DNA of 64,000 nt. Origin: Steroidobacteraceae bacterium. GTDB lineage: Bacteria > Pseudomonadota > Gammaproteobacteria > Steroidobacterales > Steroidobacteraceae. How positions within the stretch are numbered: position 1 is the stretch's first letter; each line of letters starts with the position of its first letter. A program made the translations under genes and the position numbers. Shown here in pieces: positions 47,160-56,526 of this stretch. The DNA is taken from assembly GCA_035644435.1 (NCBI GenBank), contig DASQOO010000115.1, forward strand, positions 6,556 to 70,555. Reading direction: 5' to 3'. The notes under the pieces were generated by a model. It worked only from the letters and a program-made list of their open reading frames with translations. It was not told where the DNA came from and did no database searches.

Positions 47160-47975
47160 TTACAGCCGTCCGCTGTTGATGTAGTTCACGACGCGGCGCC
47201 GATAGGCGCGGCCCGAGGTGAACTTCGAGCCGTTGGCGAGCGTCACCTCGTAGTCGCCGTAGAGCTGGCGCGCCATCTCGCGGATGTGACGTGTGTTGAT
47301 GATCACGGAGCGGTGAATGCGCAGGAACATGGTCGGATCGAGCATCGACTCGGCCTGCTGCATGCCGCAGCGGAGCAGGTAGTGATCGCTCCCCACGTGC
47401 AGCGTGATGTAGTTGCGACTCGCCTCGACCGCATGCACGTCGCCTGGGTCGACGAAGATGTAGCGGTCGTTCTTCTCCGCCACGATGCGTTTCGGCCCGG
47501 TGCCCGGAATTGTGCCCTGCATGCTGCCGAGGATCTGGCGGACGGCAGCCTGGACCTGCGCGCGTACATCGTTGCCCGCGGGACTCGAGAGGCGCGAGCG
47601 GGCGCGCTCCACCGCAGCATGAAAACGCTCGCGATCGAAGGGCTTGAGCAGGTAATCGACCGCGTTGAGCTCGAAGGCATCCACCGCGTATTGATCGTAG
47701 GCGGTGACGAAGATCACCAGCGGCATCGCGTCGCGCCCGATCTTCTCGATGACCTCGAGGCCATTCACGCGCCGCATCTGCACGTCGAGGAACACCAGCT
47801 CCGGGTGCAGCGCCGCGATGCGCTTGACCGCTTCGGCGCCGTAGCGACATTCGCCGATGACTTCGAGGTCGCCTTCCATGGCGCAGTAATCCTTGAGTGT
47901 CTGGCGCGCGATCGGCTCATCGTCCACGATCAGCGTGCGAATCTTGGTCGCAGTGCTCACTGCCGCAGTGTTCAT
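47160..47975 (-). CDS. LytTR/AlgR family two-component response regulator
   Basis: REC domain (LIVDDEP, LVFLDVQM, KP) plus a C-terminal LytTR DNA-binding domain (FLRIHRSVIIN). Confidence 0.9.
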   Translation of the reverse strand: MNTAAVSTATKIRTLIVDDEPIARQTLKDYCAMEGDLEVIGECRYGAEAVKRIAALHPELVFLDVQMRRVNGLEVIEKIGRDAMPLVIFVTAYDQYAVDAFELNAVDYLLKPFDRERFHAAVERARSRLSSPAGNDVRAQVQAAVRQILGSMQGTIPGTGPKRIVAEKNDRYIFVDPGDVHAVEASRNYITLHVGSDHYLLRCGMQQAESMLDPTMFLRIHRSVIINTRHIREMARQLYGDYEVTLANGSKFTSGRAYRRRVVNYINSGRL

Positions 47976-49288
47976 TCGACAACCCCCTCCCGAAACGGAA
48001 TGCGCAGCAGCGCCAGGAAGCCGCCCTCGGGTGGGGCGCTGAATTCGAATGCGAAGTTCGACCCGTAGAGCGCGCGCAGCCGCTCGCGGGTATTGCCGGT
48101 GCCGATGTGCGCGCCCGAGCCCTCGCCCTCCGTGTCGCGACTGCCGGTATTGTGCACGCTGAGCTCGAGCCAGCGTTCCAGGCGCCGCGAGTCGATCACC
48201 TGGCGCGCTTCGATGCTGACCGTAACCCGCTCTTCGTCCTCGGCGGCGCCATGCACGACCGCGTTCTCGGCGAGCGGTTGCAGGATCAGGCTCGGCACCA
48301 TGGCATCCTCTACCGCGGCGTCAACGCGAATCGTGAAGCGCAGCCGGTCCGGGAATCGCAGCTGCTGGATCTCCAGGTAATTGCGCACGAAGTCGATTTC
48401 GCGGGCCAACGGCACGAGGTCCGCCCCGCTGTCGCGCAGGGTCCGGCGCAGCAGGTCGCCGAGCCGCACGATGATCTGCCGCGCCACCGCCGGCCGGGTA
48501 TCGATCAGCCCGCTCACGGAATGCAGCGTGTTGAACAGGAAATGCGGATGCAGCTGCATGCGTAGCGCGTGCAGGCGCGCGCGCAGGTTCTCGTGCTCGA
48601 GCTGCGCCAGGCGCAGGCGATGATTGCGCAGGTCCAGGTACGTGCGCACGCCGAGAATCAGTATCAGTCCGAACCAGTACGAGATGAAGAAGTCGGGCAC
48701 GCTCACCAGCAGGATGCCGGAGTGGATCCACTCGGTGATCTGCTCGGCGACCGCACCGTCTCCCGCCAGCATGGTCGGCAGCCATTTGAGCTGCGGCTCG
48801 GTGAGATCGATGCTCAACGTCAGCACCGGCGTCGCCAGCAACGCGAAGGTGGTCGCGAGCGCGAGGTGCCCGAGCGCCGCGAGCCAGCGGCGTCGCTCCG
48901 GCCAGCCGATCGCGAGCGCGAGACGGTAGAAAACAATGAGTATGAAAAACAGGATCGCGTGCTGGAGCGTGCGCTCGAGCGGCTCGGCGATCTGCACATC
49001 GGGAATCGCGGCGACGCGCACCGCGTAACCCAGCACACGGGTGGCGGTCATCACCAGCCAGAAGGGAATCGTGGTCCACAGGATGACGGGCCAGATCGCC
49101 TGGGTGGACGCAGCCATCGCGGCGCTGCGTGCCGGGGCGGCCGCCTCAGGCGGTGGTGTCGGAGCGAGCGTTCCCGGGCGCGGTCCGGACGCCTCCGTCG
49201 GCCCAATGGGGATCGGCCTGACTTCCGCGCTCATGAACTGATAGATCTGCTCGGAACGTATCCGCGGACGCCGCGACGCCGCGTACAA
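47972..49288 (-). CDS. LytS/YehU-type sensor histidine kinase
   Basis: His_kinase (PF06580-like) LHPHFLFNTLHSV box and HATPase_c; four or more N-terminal TM helices. 4-nt overlap with the regulator gene. Start uncertain: TTG at 49288, ATG at 49234 or ATG at 49117. Confidence 0.8.
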   Translation of the reverse strand: MYAASRRPRIRSEQIYQFMSAEVRPIPIGPTEASGPRPGTLAPTPPPEAAAPARSAAMAASTQAIWPVILWTTIPFWLVMTATRVLGYAVRVAAIPDVQIAEPLERTLQHAILFFILIVFYRLALAIGWPERRRWLAALGHLALATTFALLATPVLTLSIDLTEPQLKWLPTMLAGDGAVAEQITEWIHSGILLVSVPDFFISYWFGLILILGVRTYLDLRNHRLRLAQLEHENLRARLHALRMQLHPHFLFNTLHSVSGLIDTRPAVARQIIVRLGDLLRRTLRDSGADLVPLAREIDFVRNYLEIQQLRFPDRLRFTIRVDAAVEDAMVPSLILQPLAENAVVHGAAEDEERVTVSIEARQVIDSRRLERWLELSVHNTGSRDTEGEGSGAHIGTGNTRERLRALYGSNFAFEFSAPPEGGFLALLRIPFREGVVE

Positions 49289-49508
49289 ATTGGCTTCAAT
49301 GGGGTATCACTCAAGCCAACCTCTTGCAGGAGGAACGGGCGTCGCAGCGTCCTCGGATACTTATCGATGGATGCGGCCGAGGGAAGATTGGTTGCATCGC
49401 CTGAGCAAAAAGTTCCACCGCCTCAGCCTGAGGTTCCTGCGCGACGACTCAACAATGTCGGGACGAGATGCCATCAGAATGGGACCAACGGGCGCGAGAA
49501 TGCGCCAA

Positions 49509-50804
49509 TCAACCTGAGGCGCTATCTCTCGCATGGGTGAATGCGGGATCCGATTCTTGGCGCCGGGCGGCCGAATAGGCTGCAAATCCCCAGAGCGCCG
49601 CGATAGCCGCGCCGGCCCACGCGATACCCGCTGTAGCCAAGCCCAGCCACACCAACATGGCATGCGCCGAACCACTCAGCGCGTCGCCCGCTCGATAGAT
49701 CACCGTATCAATGAAGTTCTTAGCCTTGTACTTGGTGTCCCTCGGCACGGTCGAAAACAGCATCTCCCTGCAGGGACGCATGACCGAATACTCGCCGACG
49801 CGCCTGATCATCATAACGGCGATCAGAACACTGAGGACGGGGCTAAGAGCGAGCCATGTAAAGCCCAGCACCATGACGATTGGCACCGAGACCATCATCA
49901 CGATGAGCCCGAAGCGTGAAACAAGGTGTCCCAGTGCCACGAGCTGGATGACAAGCGTGATGATCTGCACCCAAAGATCGATAGTGCTGAACAATGCAGT
50001 CTGCTGATCCGGGTCCGGAATTGCCTTCGACACAAGATCGGCCTGCTCTAGGTATAGGAACGTGCTGACCCACGTGAGCAGGAACACGAACAGCGCGATC
50101 CCCAGCAGGTACGGACTGCCAAAGACCTGGTAGATGCCTGAAAGAGGATTTCCACCTACAGGTCGGTCGACGTCCATGCGTTCCTCGGTCGTCGAGGCAT
50201 TCATCCTGCCGTGCCACCGAGTCAGATAGCGCACGAATGCGAGGGATAGCGCAAGAAATGCGGCTGCCACGAGCAAAAGGTTGATACGTCCGATGGGCAC
50301 GGCCAGCAGTTTGGCGAGCGACGGTCCCACGATGCCGCCCGCGCTGATACCAGCGGCGATGAATCCGAACATGCGGCGGGCCTGATCACGCGTGAAAATA
50401 TCGACACAGAAGCTCCAAAAGACGGACAGCACAAATAGATTGAACACCGAAAGCCAGACGAAAAACGTGCGTGCGATCCACGCGTGATCCTCCTGCAGAT
50501 TGAACCAGGCGTAGAAGCCCAGCAGGTTAAGGACAAAGAAGGCGTACACCCACGGAAGGAATGTCGTGCGTCTGTAGCGCGAGGCCACATAACCGTAAAT
50601 CGGCTGCACAGCCAGCATCGCAAGCAGCGTTGCCCAGAACAGAATCGGCAGATTCGCCACGCCCGAGGTAATCCCCATCGTTTCGCGTACGGGGCGCAGG
50701 ATCGAGAAACTGGTCCAGACGCAGAACACGAACAGAAACGCTGCCAGCATCGCGCCCACTTCGTGGCGCTCGACCGAGAAGGTCCGCATTAGAAAGGAGC
50801 GCAT
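49509..50804 (-). CDS. MFS-type transporter
   Basis: About 12 TM helices. The start ATG is 1 nt from the upstream AKR stop. Family not resolved by eye. Confidence 0.6.
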   Translation of the reverse strand: MRSFLMRTFSVERHEVGAMLAAFLFVFCVWTSFSILRPVRETMGITSGVANLPILFWATLLAMLAVQPIYGYVASRYRRTTFLPWVYAFFVLNLLGFYAWFNLQEDHAWIARTFFVWLSVFNLFVLSVFWSFCVDIFTRDQARRMFGFIAAGISAGGIVGPSLAKLLAVPIGRINLLLVAAAFLALSLAFVRYLTRWHGRMNASTTEERMDVDRPVGGNPLSGIYQVFGSPYLLGIALFVFLLTWVSTFLYLEQADLVSKAIPDPDQQTALFSTIDLWVQIITLVIQLVALGHLVSRFGLIVMMVSVPIVMVLGFTWLALSPVLSVLIAVMMIRRVGEYSVMRPCREMLFSTVPRDTKYKAKNFIDTVIYRAGDALSGSAHAMLVWLGLATAGIAWAGAAIAALWGFAAYSAARRQESDPAFTHARDSASG

Positions 50805-50805
50805 G

Positions 50806-51738
50806 CTAGAGGCTGGTAGCCACGTACAGAGCCATTCGCTCGCGCATCCTTTCGTCTGGAAGTCGGCCAATACCGCCGGCGACATTACTGCGCATGTGGG
50901 TGGGGTTGGCCGTCGCCGGAATTACGCAGGTAACTGCCGGGTGACTCACGATGAACTTGAGGAAGAATTGTCCCCAGCTGGTGCAGTCGATGTCGGCGGC
51001 CCAGGGCGGCAGCTCCTTGCCGCGGGTGCGCGAGAACAAGGCGCCATCCTCGAACGGACGATTGATGAGTGTTGCGACCTTGTGTTCCGCCGCCAGCGGC
51101 AGCAGCCGCTGCTCCGCCTCGCGGGTGATGATCGAATAGTTGAACTGCACGAAGTCGAGCGGCTCCTTGCGGATCAGGTCTTCGAGATCGGCGTGCGAGG
51201 CCACCGTGTAGTGCGTGACGCCGACGTAGCGCACCTTGCCCTGCTGCTTGAGCGCACGCACGTTGGCGAGCTGCGTCTGCAGATCGAGCAGGTTGTGAAC
51301 CTGCACCAGGTCGAGCTTGCTCACCTTGAGAAGACGCATCGAGTTCTCGATCTGCTGCAGACCAGCGTCCTTGCCGCGCGTCCAGACCTTGGTGGCGATG
51401 AACATGCGCGAACGCAGCCCGAGAGACTCGATGAGGTCTCCGGACACGGCTTCGGCGCGGCCGTACATGGGTGAGCTGTCGAGCAGCGCACCGCCGGCGC
51501 CGGTCAGGATGTTGAGCACCTCCGTGAGCGGTTGTCGCTCCGAGCTGCCGCCACCGACGTCGAAGACACCCGACGTACCGAGGCCGATGACCGGTATCTC
51601 TTCGCCGGTCGAGGGAATCTTGCGCTTGAGCATCGCGGCCTCCGCGGCGGACAGGACTTTCGGCGCCAACGCCGCCACGGCAGCCCCGGCGCCTATCGCC
51701 TTGCAGAACTCGCGACGTGACTGGCGATGCATGCGCAT
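50806..51738 (-). CDS. Aldo/keto reductase with twin-arginine signal
   Basis: AAGGAG SD. MRMHRQSRREFCKAIGAGAAVAALAP is a Tat-like leader. AKR core motifs (IPVIGLGT, FIATKV, LDLVQVHN, VRYVGVTHY). Confidence 0.8.
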   Translation of the reverse strand: MRMHRQSRREFCKAIGAGAAVAALAPKVLSAAEAAMLKRKIPSTGEEIPVIGLGTSGVFDVGGGSSERQPLTEVLNILTGAGGALLDSSPMYGRAEAVSGDLIESLGLRSRMFIATKVWTRGKDAGLQQIENSMRLLKVSKLDLVQVHNLLDLQTQLANVRALKQQGKVRYVGVTHYTVASHADLEDLIRKEPLDFVQFNYSIITREAEQRLLPLAAEHKVATLINRPFEDGALFSRTRGKELPPWAADIDCTSWGQFFLKFIVSHPAVTCVIPATANPTHMRSNVAGGIGRLPDERMRERMALYVATSL

Positions 51739-51757
51739 GCGGCACTCCTTGGCTGGT

Positions 51758-53881
51758 TCAGCGGCGCCGGCGAGCCCGCAGAGCGAGCGTCGCGCAACCG
51801 ATGAACAACGACAGGATATCGACCAGACCCCCGCCACCGCCACCTCCACCGCCGGAGGGGGGCGGTGGCACTACCGGCGCGTCATTGTCGCTGATCGTGA
51901 CAGCGAGCTGCGCGCTGCCATCGGTCACCGCGCCGCCCGTGAGGTTGCTCAACTCGATGGTGAACTGCTCGTTGCCCTCTTGCGTCGTATCGTCGATGAA
52001 GGGAACTGCGATGATCTGGTCGAGATCATCACCAGGACTCCAGGTCAGGGTACCGCTGCTGGTGACGTAGTCCGAGCCGGCAGTGGCGCTGGCATCGCGC
52101 GTGAGGTAATCGACGCTGACGGTTCCCTGCGTTCCGCCGCTACGGCGCACCAGTGGATTCCCCGCCGAGCTCTCGACCGCCGTGATCCCGCTGCCAACGA
52201 AACCGATGCGGCCCGGGTTGGTGTCGAAGAACCGCGTGTTGTCACGGAGCACGAACAGCCCGTTGTCGATGTCGCTGATGAGGACGTTGCCGGATGGCAG
52301 GAATGGATAGACACCCCACGCCCCATCGGTTCCCGCGACGTTTTCCGGCGGCGACAGGAACGTGTCCAGCTTGCCAACCTCGCGCAGCGCCTCGGGGTTC
52401 GCCAGGTCGAAGATTTCGAGCCCGCGCCGATAGTGCGCGACGTAGTAGCGATTGCCCTTGACGTAACCGTTGTGATCGGTGGTGCTGTCCGGCCCGTAAT
52501 ACGAGGTCACAAGGCGTGGCGTCAGCAGGTCGCCGATATCGAGCGTGTAGATGTGCGTCTGGAAACCGATGCGCAGCTCATCGAGCTCATCGTGCACCAG
52601 GATGAAACGCTGATCCGTGGTCGGCCAGCCGGAATGCGTGTAGCGAGCCTCGGGATATCCGGTGGCACTCAGCCGCACGGGCTGGGCCTTGTCCGTGACG
52701 TCCCACAGGTCCACGGTGCTCTCGTTGAAATCGACCAGCACCTGGCAGGGATTGTGGCCCTGGCTGCACTGCGTGGTCCGGTTGTCGGTGATGAAGAGCG
52801 TGGTGGAATCGTGCATGTAGCCGGTGCCACCCGGCGCCACGGTTACCAGTTGCGGAGTGACCGGGTCGCTCAGCGAGTAGATCCGGTACGCGCCGCCATT
52901 GAGATTGGAACCGGCGATATAGAGAAACGCTTCGCGCCCGCTGAGCGCCGCGTTGCTCCCGTAGTCCACGTTGGAAATGTGCAGCGTGTGCGAAGTGGAG
53001 AAATCACGCAGCGTATTCGCGAGCTGCACGCTCGTCGGAAGATTCGACAGGTCGATGATCTGCAGACCGCCCTGCGCTGCCTCAGTGGTGATGTATGCGT
53101 AGGCGCGATGCCGGTTCAACGCCGGATCGAAGAACTGGTAGACCTTGACCTCGCGCCAGATGCTGTTGTTGCCCGGCACGGAGCCCACTTCGCGGGGATT
53201 CACGGGATCGGTCACATCGACCACCACGGTCGCGTTCGAGACGCCGACCACCGCATATTCGCGGTTGTCGTCCAGATCGACGAAGCCCCACAAGTTGCTC
53301 ATGCTGCCCGGGCGCGTGGAAAGCTCGGCGAGCTGAACTTGCGCGAGCAGGTCGACGTTCCGGCAGGGGAAGGGACCGGCAAAGCTCTGCACACAGTTCG
53401 CAGCCGTCTGCCGCGCGGCCAGTGCCGCCCAGCGACTGCTGGCCTCGCTGAGCGTCGCAGGCGCCGCGGCACGCTGGACGACCTGGTCGGCCATCAAGCT
53501 CAATCCGCGCGTCAGCAGCCGCTGGCGTTCGCTCGGTGGCAAGCCGTAGACGATGGTGCGATTGCGCTCGAGGTCCTGGTGCCTGAACTCGTCATCGGTG
53601 CTGAAGCCGCCCAGCACGCCACTCTTGCCATGCAGCAGATTGTCGACATCTATCCCCTCGATAGCGTAGACGCCCGCGGCCACCTTCACCGTGCCGCCGG
53701 GCGGAATCTGCGTCAGCGCATAGGCGATCGTGCGGCAAGGCGCATGCGGATGGTCGCAATCGCCAGAATCCACGCCCGTCATGGCGACGAAACGGGTACC
53801 GACCAGGTCGTCGTGCGAAAAGCTCAGGCTGCTGACGAGCCACAGCAGCGCGATAAGAGAGGCCTGGCGTGCGTTACGCAT
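51758..53881 (-). CDS. Secreted choice-of-anchor-B/LVIVD-repeat protein with Calx-beta domain and GlyGly-CTERM-like tail
   Basis: Signal peptide. LWGFVDLDDNREYAVVGVSNATVVVDVTDPVNP is choice-of-anchor-B-like. Calx-beta segment (VSVDYLTRDASATAGSDYV...FTIELS). C-terminus SGGGGGGGGG-LVDILSLFIGCATLAL-RARRRR. Confidence 0.75.
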   Translation of the reverse strand: MRNARQASLIALLWLVSSLSFSHDDLVGTRFVAMTGVDSGDCDHPHAPCRTIAYALTQIPPGGTVKVAAGVYAIEGIDVDNLLHGKSGVLGGFSTDDEFRHQDLERNRTIVYGLPPSERQRLLTRGLSLMADQVVQRAAAPATLSEASSRWAALAARQTAANCVQSFAGPFPCRNVDLLAQVQLAELSTRPGSMSNLWGFVDLDDNREYAVVGVSNATVVVDVTDPVNPREVGSVPGNNSIWREVKVYQFFDPALNRHRAYAYITTEAAQGGLQIIDLSNLPTSVQLANTLRDFSTSHTLHISNVDYGSNAALSGREAFLYIAGSNLNGGAYRIYSLSDPVTPQLVTVAPGGTGYMHDSTTLFITDNRTTQCSQGHNPCQVLVDFNESTVDLWDVTDKAQPVRLSATGYPEARYTHSGWPTTDQRFILVHDELDELRIGFQTHIYTLDIGDLLTPRLVTSYYGPDSTTDHNGYVKGNRYYVAHYRRGLEIFDLANPEALREVGKLDTFLSPPENVAGTDGAWGVYPFLPSGNVLISDIDNGLFVLRDNTRFFDTNPGRIGFVGSGITAVESSAGNPLVRRSGGTQGTVSVDYLTRDASATAGSDYVTSSGTLTWSPGDDLDQIIAVPFIDDTTQEGNEQFTIELSNLTGGAVTDGSAQLAVTISDNDAPVVPPPPSGGGGGGGGGLVDILSLFIGCATLALRARRRR

Positions 53882-53936
53882 GGATCACCCTGCCGCGGGG
53901 TGTTTTCCCGGAAGAGGTGAGGATCTTACCTCAGCC

Positions 53937-56102
53937 TCAGCGATCGATTCCCAGCTGCCCGAGCACGAAGGCGTACTTCATCGCTGTCTCGCGGTACTGG
54001 CGAAACCGGCCCGAGCGTCCGCCATGTCCCGCTTCCATGTTGGTCTTGAGGAGCAGCGGGTGATCGTCGGTCTTGCTGGCGCGCAGTTTCGCCACCCACT
54101 TTGCCGGTTCGAAGTACTGCACCTGGCTGTCCCACAGCCCAGTGGTCACGAGCATCGCAGGGTACGCGCGTGCGCCGACCTGGTCGTATGGGGAATATGA
54201 CAGCATGTAGTCGTAGTACTCGGGTTCGCGCGGATCGCCCCACTCGTCGTATTCGCCGGTGGTGAGGGGAATCGACTCATCGAGCATCGTGGTCACGACA
54301 TCGACGAACGGCACGTCGGCAATGATCACGCGGTAACGATCCGGAGCCATATTGGCGATCGCGCCCATCAGCAGTCCACCGGCACTGCCGCCGTGCGCTA
54401 CCACTTTGTCGCGCGCACCCCAATGCTCTCGCACCAGGTAGTCGGTGACATCGATGAAATCGGTAAAGGTATTGACCTTGTGGAGCAGGCGGCCGGAGTC
54501 GTACCAGCGGCGGCCCAGCTCCTGGCCGCCACGGATGTGCGCGATGGCGACCACGAAGCCGCGGTCGACGAGGCTCACCCAGCTGGGTGAAAACGTCGGG
54601 TCCCTCGAGATCCCGTAGGAACCGTAGCCGTACTGGAAGATCGGCGCCTTGCCGTCGCGCTTGAAGCCCTTGCGGTACACGACCGAGATCGGAACCTGCG
54701 AGCCGTCACGCGCCGTCGCATGCAGGTACTCGGTGCGGTAGTTCGCAGCGTCGAACGGCGGCGGCACCGGATCGCGCTTGAGGAGCGTGCGCGTGCCGGC
54801 GTGCATGTCGTAGTCATAGGTGGTGATGGGCGTCGTCAACGAGGTGTAGGTGTAGCGCAGGAGGTTCGAATCGATCTCCGGATTGGCGCCGAACATGGCC
54901 GTGTACGCCGCCTCGTCCGCCTCGATGAGCTGATCGGCGCCGCCCGACCAGGGCTTCACGCGGATCTTGCGCAGGCCGCCGGAGCGCTCCGCCACGGCGA
55001 GAAAGTCGTTAAACACCTCGAAGTCGTGAATGAAGGCAGCGTCGCGATGCGCGATCACCTCGCGCCATTGACTGCGATCGCCCGCCGACTCGATCGGCGC
55101 GCGCATGATGCGGAAGTTCGCTGCCTGCCAGTTGGTACGGATGATGAAATCATCCCCCAGGTCCTCGACCGAATACTCATGGTCGCGCTCGCGCGCCAGC
55201 ACCACCTTGAACTTGAGCTCGGGATCGTCGCTGCGCGCATACCACCATTCGGATGACAGCGTGCTTTCCGTGCCGATCAAGATGTAGCGCCCCGATTTTG
55301 ATTCGCTGATGTCGGTATAGAACGTGGTGTCGGTCTGTTCCCACACGATTGGGTCCAGCGCGACGCCGGTGCCCAGCACGTGCCGCCGCACCCGGAACCC
55401 GAGCAGCGTGACCGGGTCCTTTTCGACATAGAGGAACGACTTGTCGTCGCCCGCCCAGACGATCGAGGGCTCGGCGTTCTCGATCGTGTCGTCGAGGAGC
55501 GAGCCGGATGCGAGGTCTTTGACCCGCAGCAGGTACTGGCGCCGGCCGACGCTGTCTTCCGCGTAGGCGAGCAGGCGGTTGTCATGGCTCGGGACGTACG
55601 TGCCGACGTTGAAATAGTCGTGCCCCTGCGCCAGCTGATTGACATCGAGCAGCACCTCTTCCGGCGCATCGGCGGCATCGCGGCGGCGCGCGTAGATCGG
55701 ATACTCGCTCCCCGCCTTCAGACGCGTGACGTACCAATAGCCACGCTTGCGATAGGGCACGCTTACATCGTCCTGCGGGATGCGCGCGACGATCTCCTCG
55801 TAGAGTTTCTCCTGCAGTCCCTGCAGTGGCTTGAGCTGCGCGTCGGTGTAGGCGTTTTCCGCGTTGAGGTAGCCGAGGACCCGGGGGTCGAGTCGCGTGT
55901 CATCGCGCAACCAGTAGTAGGGGTCCATGCGTGTGCCATTGGGCGAGATCACGGGCTGTGGCCGCGGCTCCGCCATCGGCGGCGCCGCTGTTTTCGATGT
56001 GCTAAGCATCGTGCCGTCCCGAGTCGTACCTGACGTGCAGGCACCAATTGCCAGCAGCGAGGCGGTCAGGACCGGGACCGCAGCAGATCGCAGGTGTCGC
56101 AT
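53937..56102 (-). CDS. ptrB: Oligopeptidase B (S9A prolyl oligopeptidase family)
   Basis: Lipoprotein-like leader. DPYYWLRDD N-terminal motif, catalytic GGSAGGLLMG, C-terminal catalytic domain. Confidence 0.9.
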   Translation of the reverse strand: MRHLRSAAVPVLTASLLAIGACTSGTTRDGTMLSTSKTAAPPMAEPRPQPVISPNGTRMDPYYWLRDDTRLDPRVLGYLNAENAYTDAQLKPLQGLQEKLYEEIVARIPQDDVSVPYRKRGYWYVTRLKAGSEYPIYARRRDAADAPEEVLLDVNQLAQGHDYFNVGTYVPSHDNRLLAYAEDSVGRRQYLLRVKDLASGSLLDDTIENAEPSIVWAGDDKSFLYVEKDPVTLLGFRVRRHVLGTGVALDPIVWEQTDTTFYTDISESKSGRYILIGTESTLSSEWWYARSDDPELKFKVVLARERDHEYSVEDLGDDFIIRTNWQAANFRIMRAPIESAGDRSQWREVIAHRDAAFIHDFEVFNDFLAVAERSGGLRKIRVKPWSGGADQLIEADEAAYTAMFGANPEIDSNLLRYTYTSLTTPITTYDYDMHAGTRTLLKRDPVPPPFDAANYRTEYLHATARDGSQVPISVVYRKGFKRDGKAPIFQYGYGSYGISRDPTFSPSWVSLVDRGFVVAIAHIRGGQELGRRWYDSGRLLHKVNTFTDFIDVTDYLVREHWGARDKVVAHGGSAGGLLMGAIANMAPDRYRVIIADVPFVDVVTTMLDESIPLTTGEYDEWGDPREPEYYDYMLSYSPYDQVGARAYPAMLVTTGLWDSQVQYFEPAKWVAKLRASKTDDHPLLLKTNMEAGHGGRSGRFRQYRETAMKYAFVLGQLGIDR

Positions 56103-56136
56103 TCATTCTCCTTGGATGTTTCACAGAACTCACACG

Positions 56137-56526
56137 CTAATTGCCGCGCAAGCGGCGAATGAGGCTCTGTCCCCACGAGAAGCGCGCGCTCCACAGCAGC
56201 AAGGTCCAGAGCACCCGCTGCGAAAAAGGAAAGCGCGCCAGGGGCAGCGCATGAGCATAAATCTGCGCGCTCTCATGGATCTGCAATGATCGCGCGGCGA
56301 CGTGATAGTTCGCCACTCCGGAGCGCACGCTGAAACTGCCACTCGCACTCGCGGCAGCGTCCACCGCCACGCCGTCGAGTTGACGTGGCAAATCGTGGCT
56401 GGCCACGTCCGCGAACAGCAGTGCGATGCCCGATACGTCACGCCTGGCGCGACGCTCGAGGCTGAGCCCGCCACTTCCCGCACCGGCATCGACCACTTCG
56501 AATCGCCCGGAGAATTCCTGCTGCAT
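56137..56526 (-). CDS. Hypothetical protein
   Basis: 129-aa ORF directly upstream of ptrB with moderately high GC3. Contains VVDAGAGSGG (SAM-MTase motif-I-like) but is too short for a methyltransferase. No SD seen. Confidence 0.35.
   Translation of the reverse strand: MQQEFSGRFEVVDAGAGSGGLSLERRARRDVSGIALLFADVASHDLPRQLDGVAVDAAASASGSFSVRSGVANYHVAARSLQIHESAQIYAHALPLARFPFSQRVLWTLLLWSARFSWGQSLIRRLRGN

Noticed and set aside
47155-47850. 232-codon N-terminal extension of the 990-aa track ORF (IorB-like)
   Set aside because: The extension runs through the LytTR regulator gene in another frame and is Arg/Pro-rich nonsense. A Tat-signal Met at 47154 gives a family-typical length.
49290-49517. 75-aa plus-strand ORF in the lower-GC gap upstream of the kinase operon
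   Set aside because: No SD, low GC3 and odd composition. The region is more plausibly the promoter and regulatory region of the lytS operon.
51317-53920. 867-aa ORF antisense to the choice-of-anchor-B/Calx-beta gene and the AKR 5' end
   Set aside because: No motifs and Arg-rich shadow composition. The opposite strand carries a signal peptide, domain motifs and a sorting tail.
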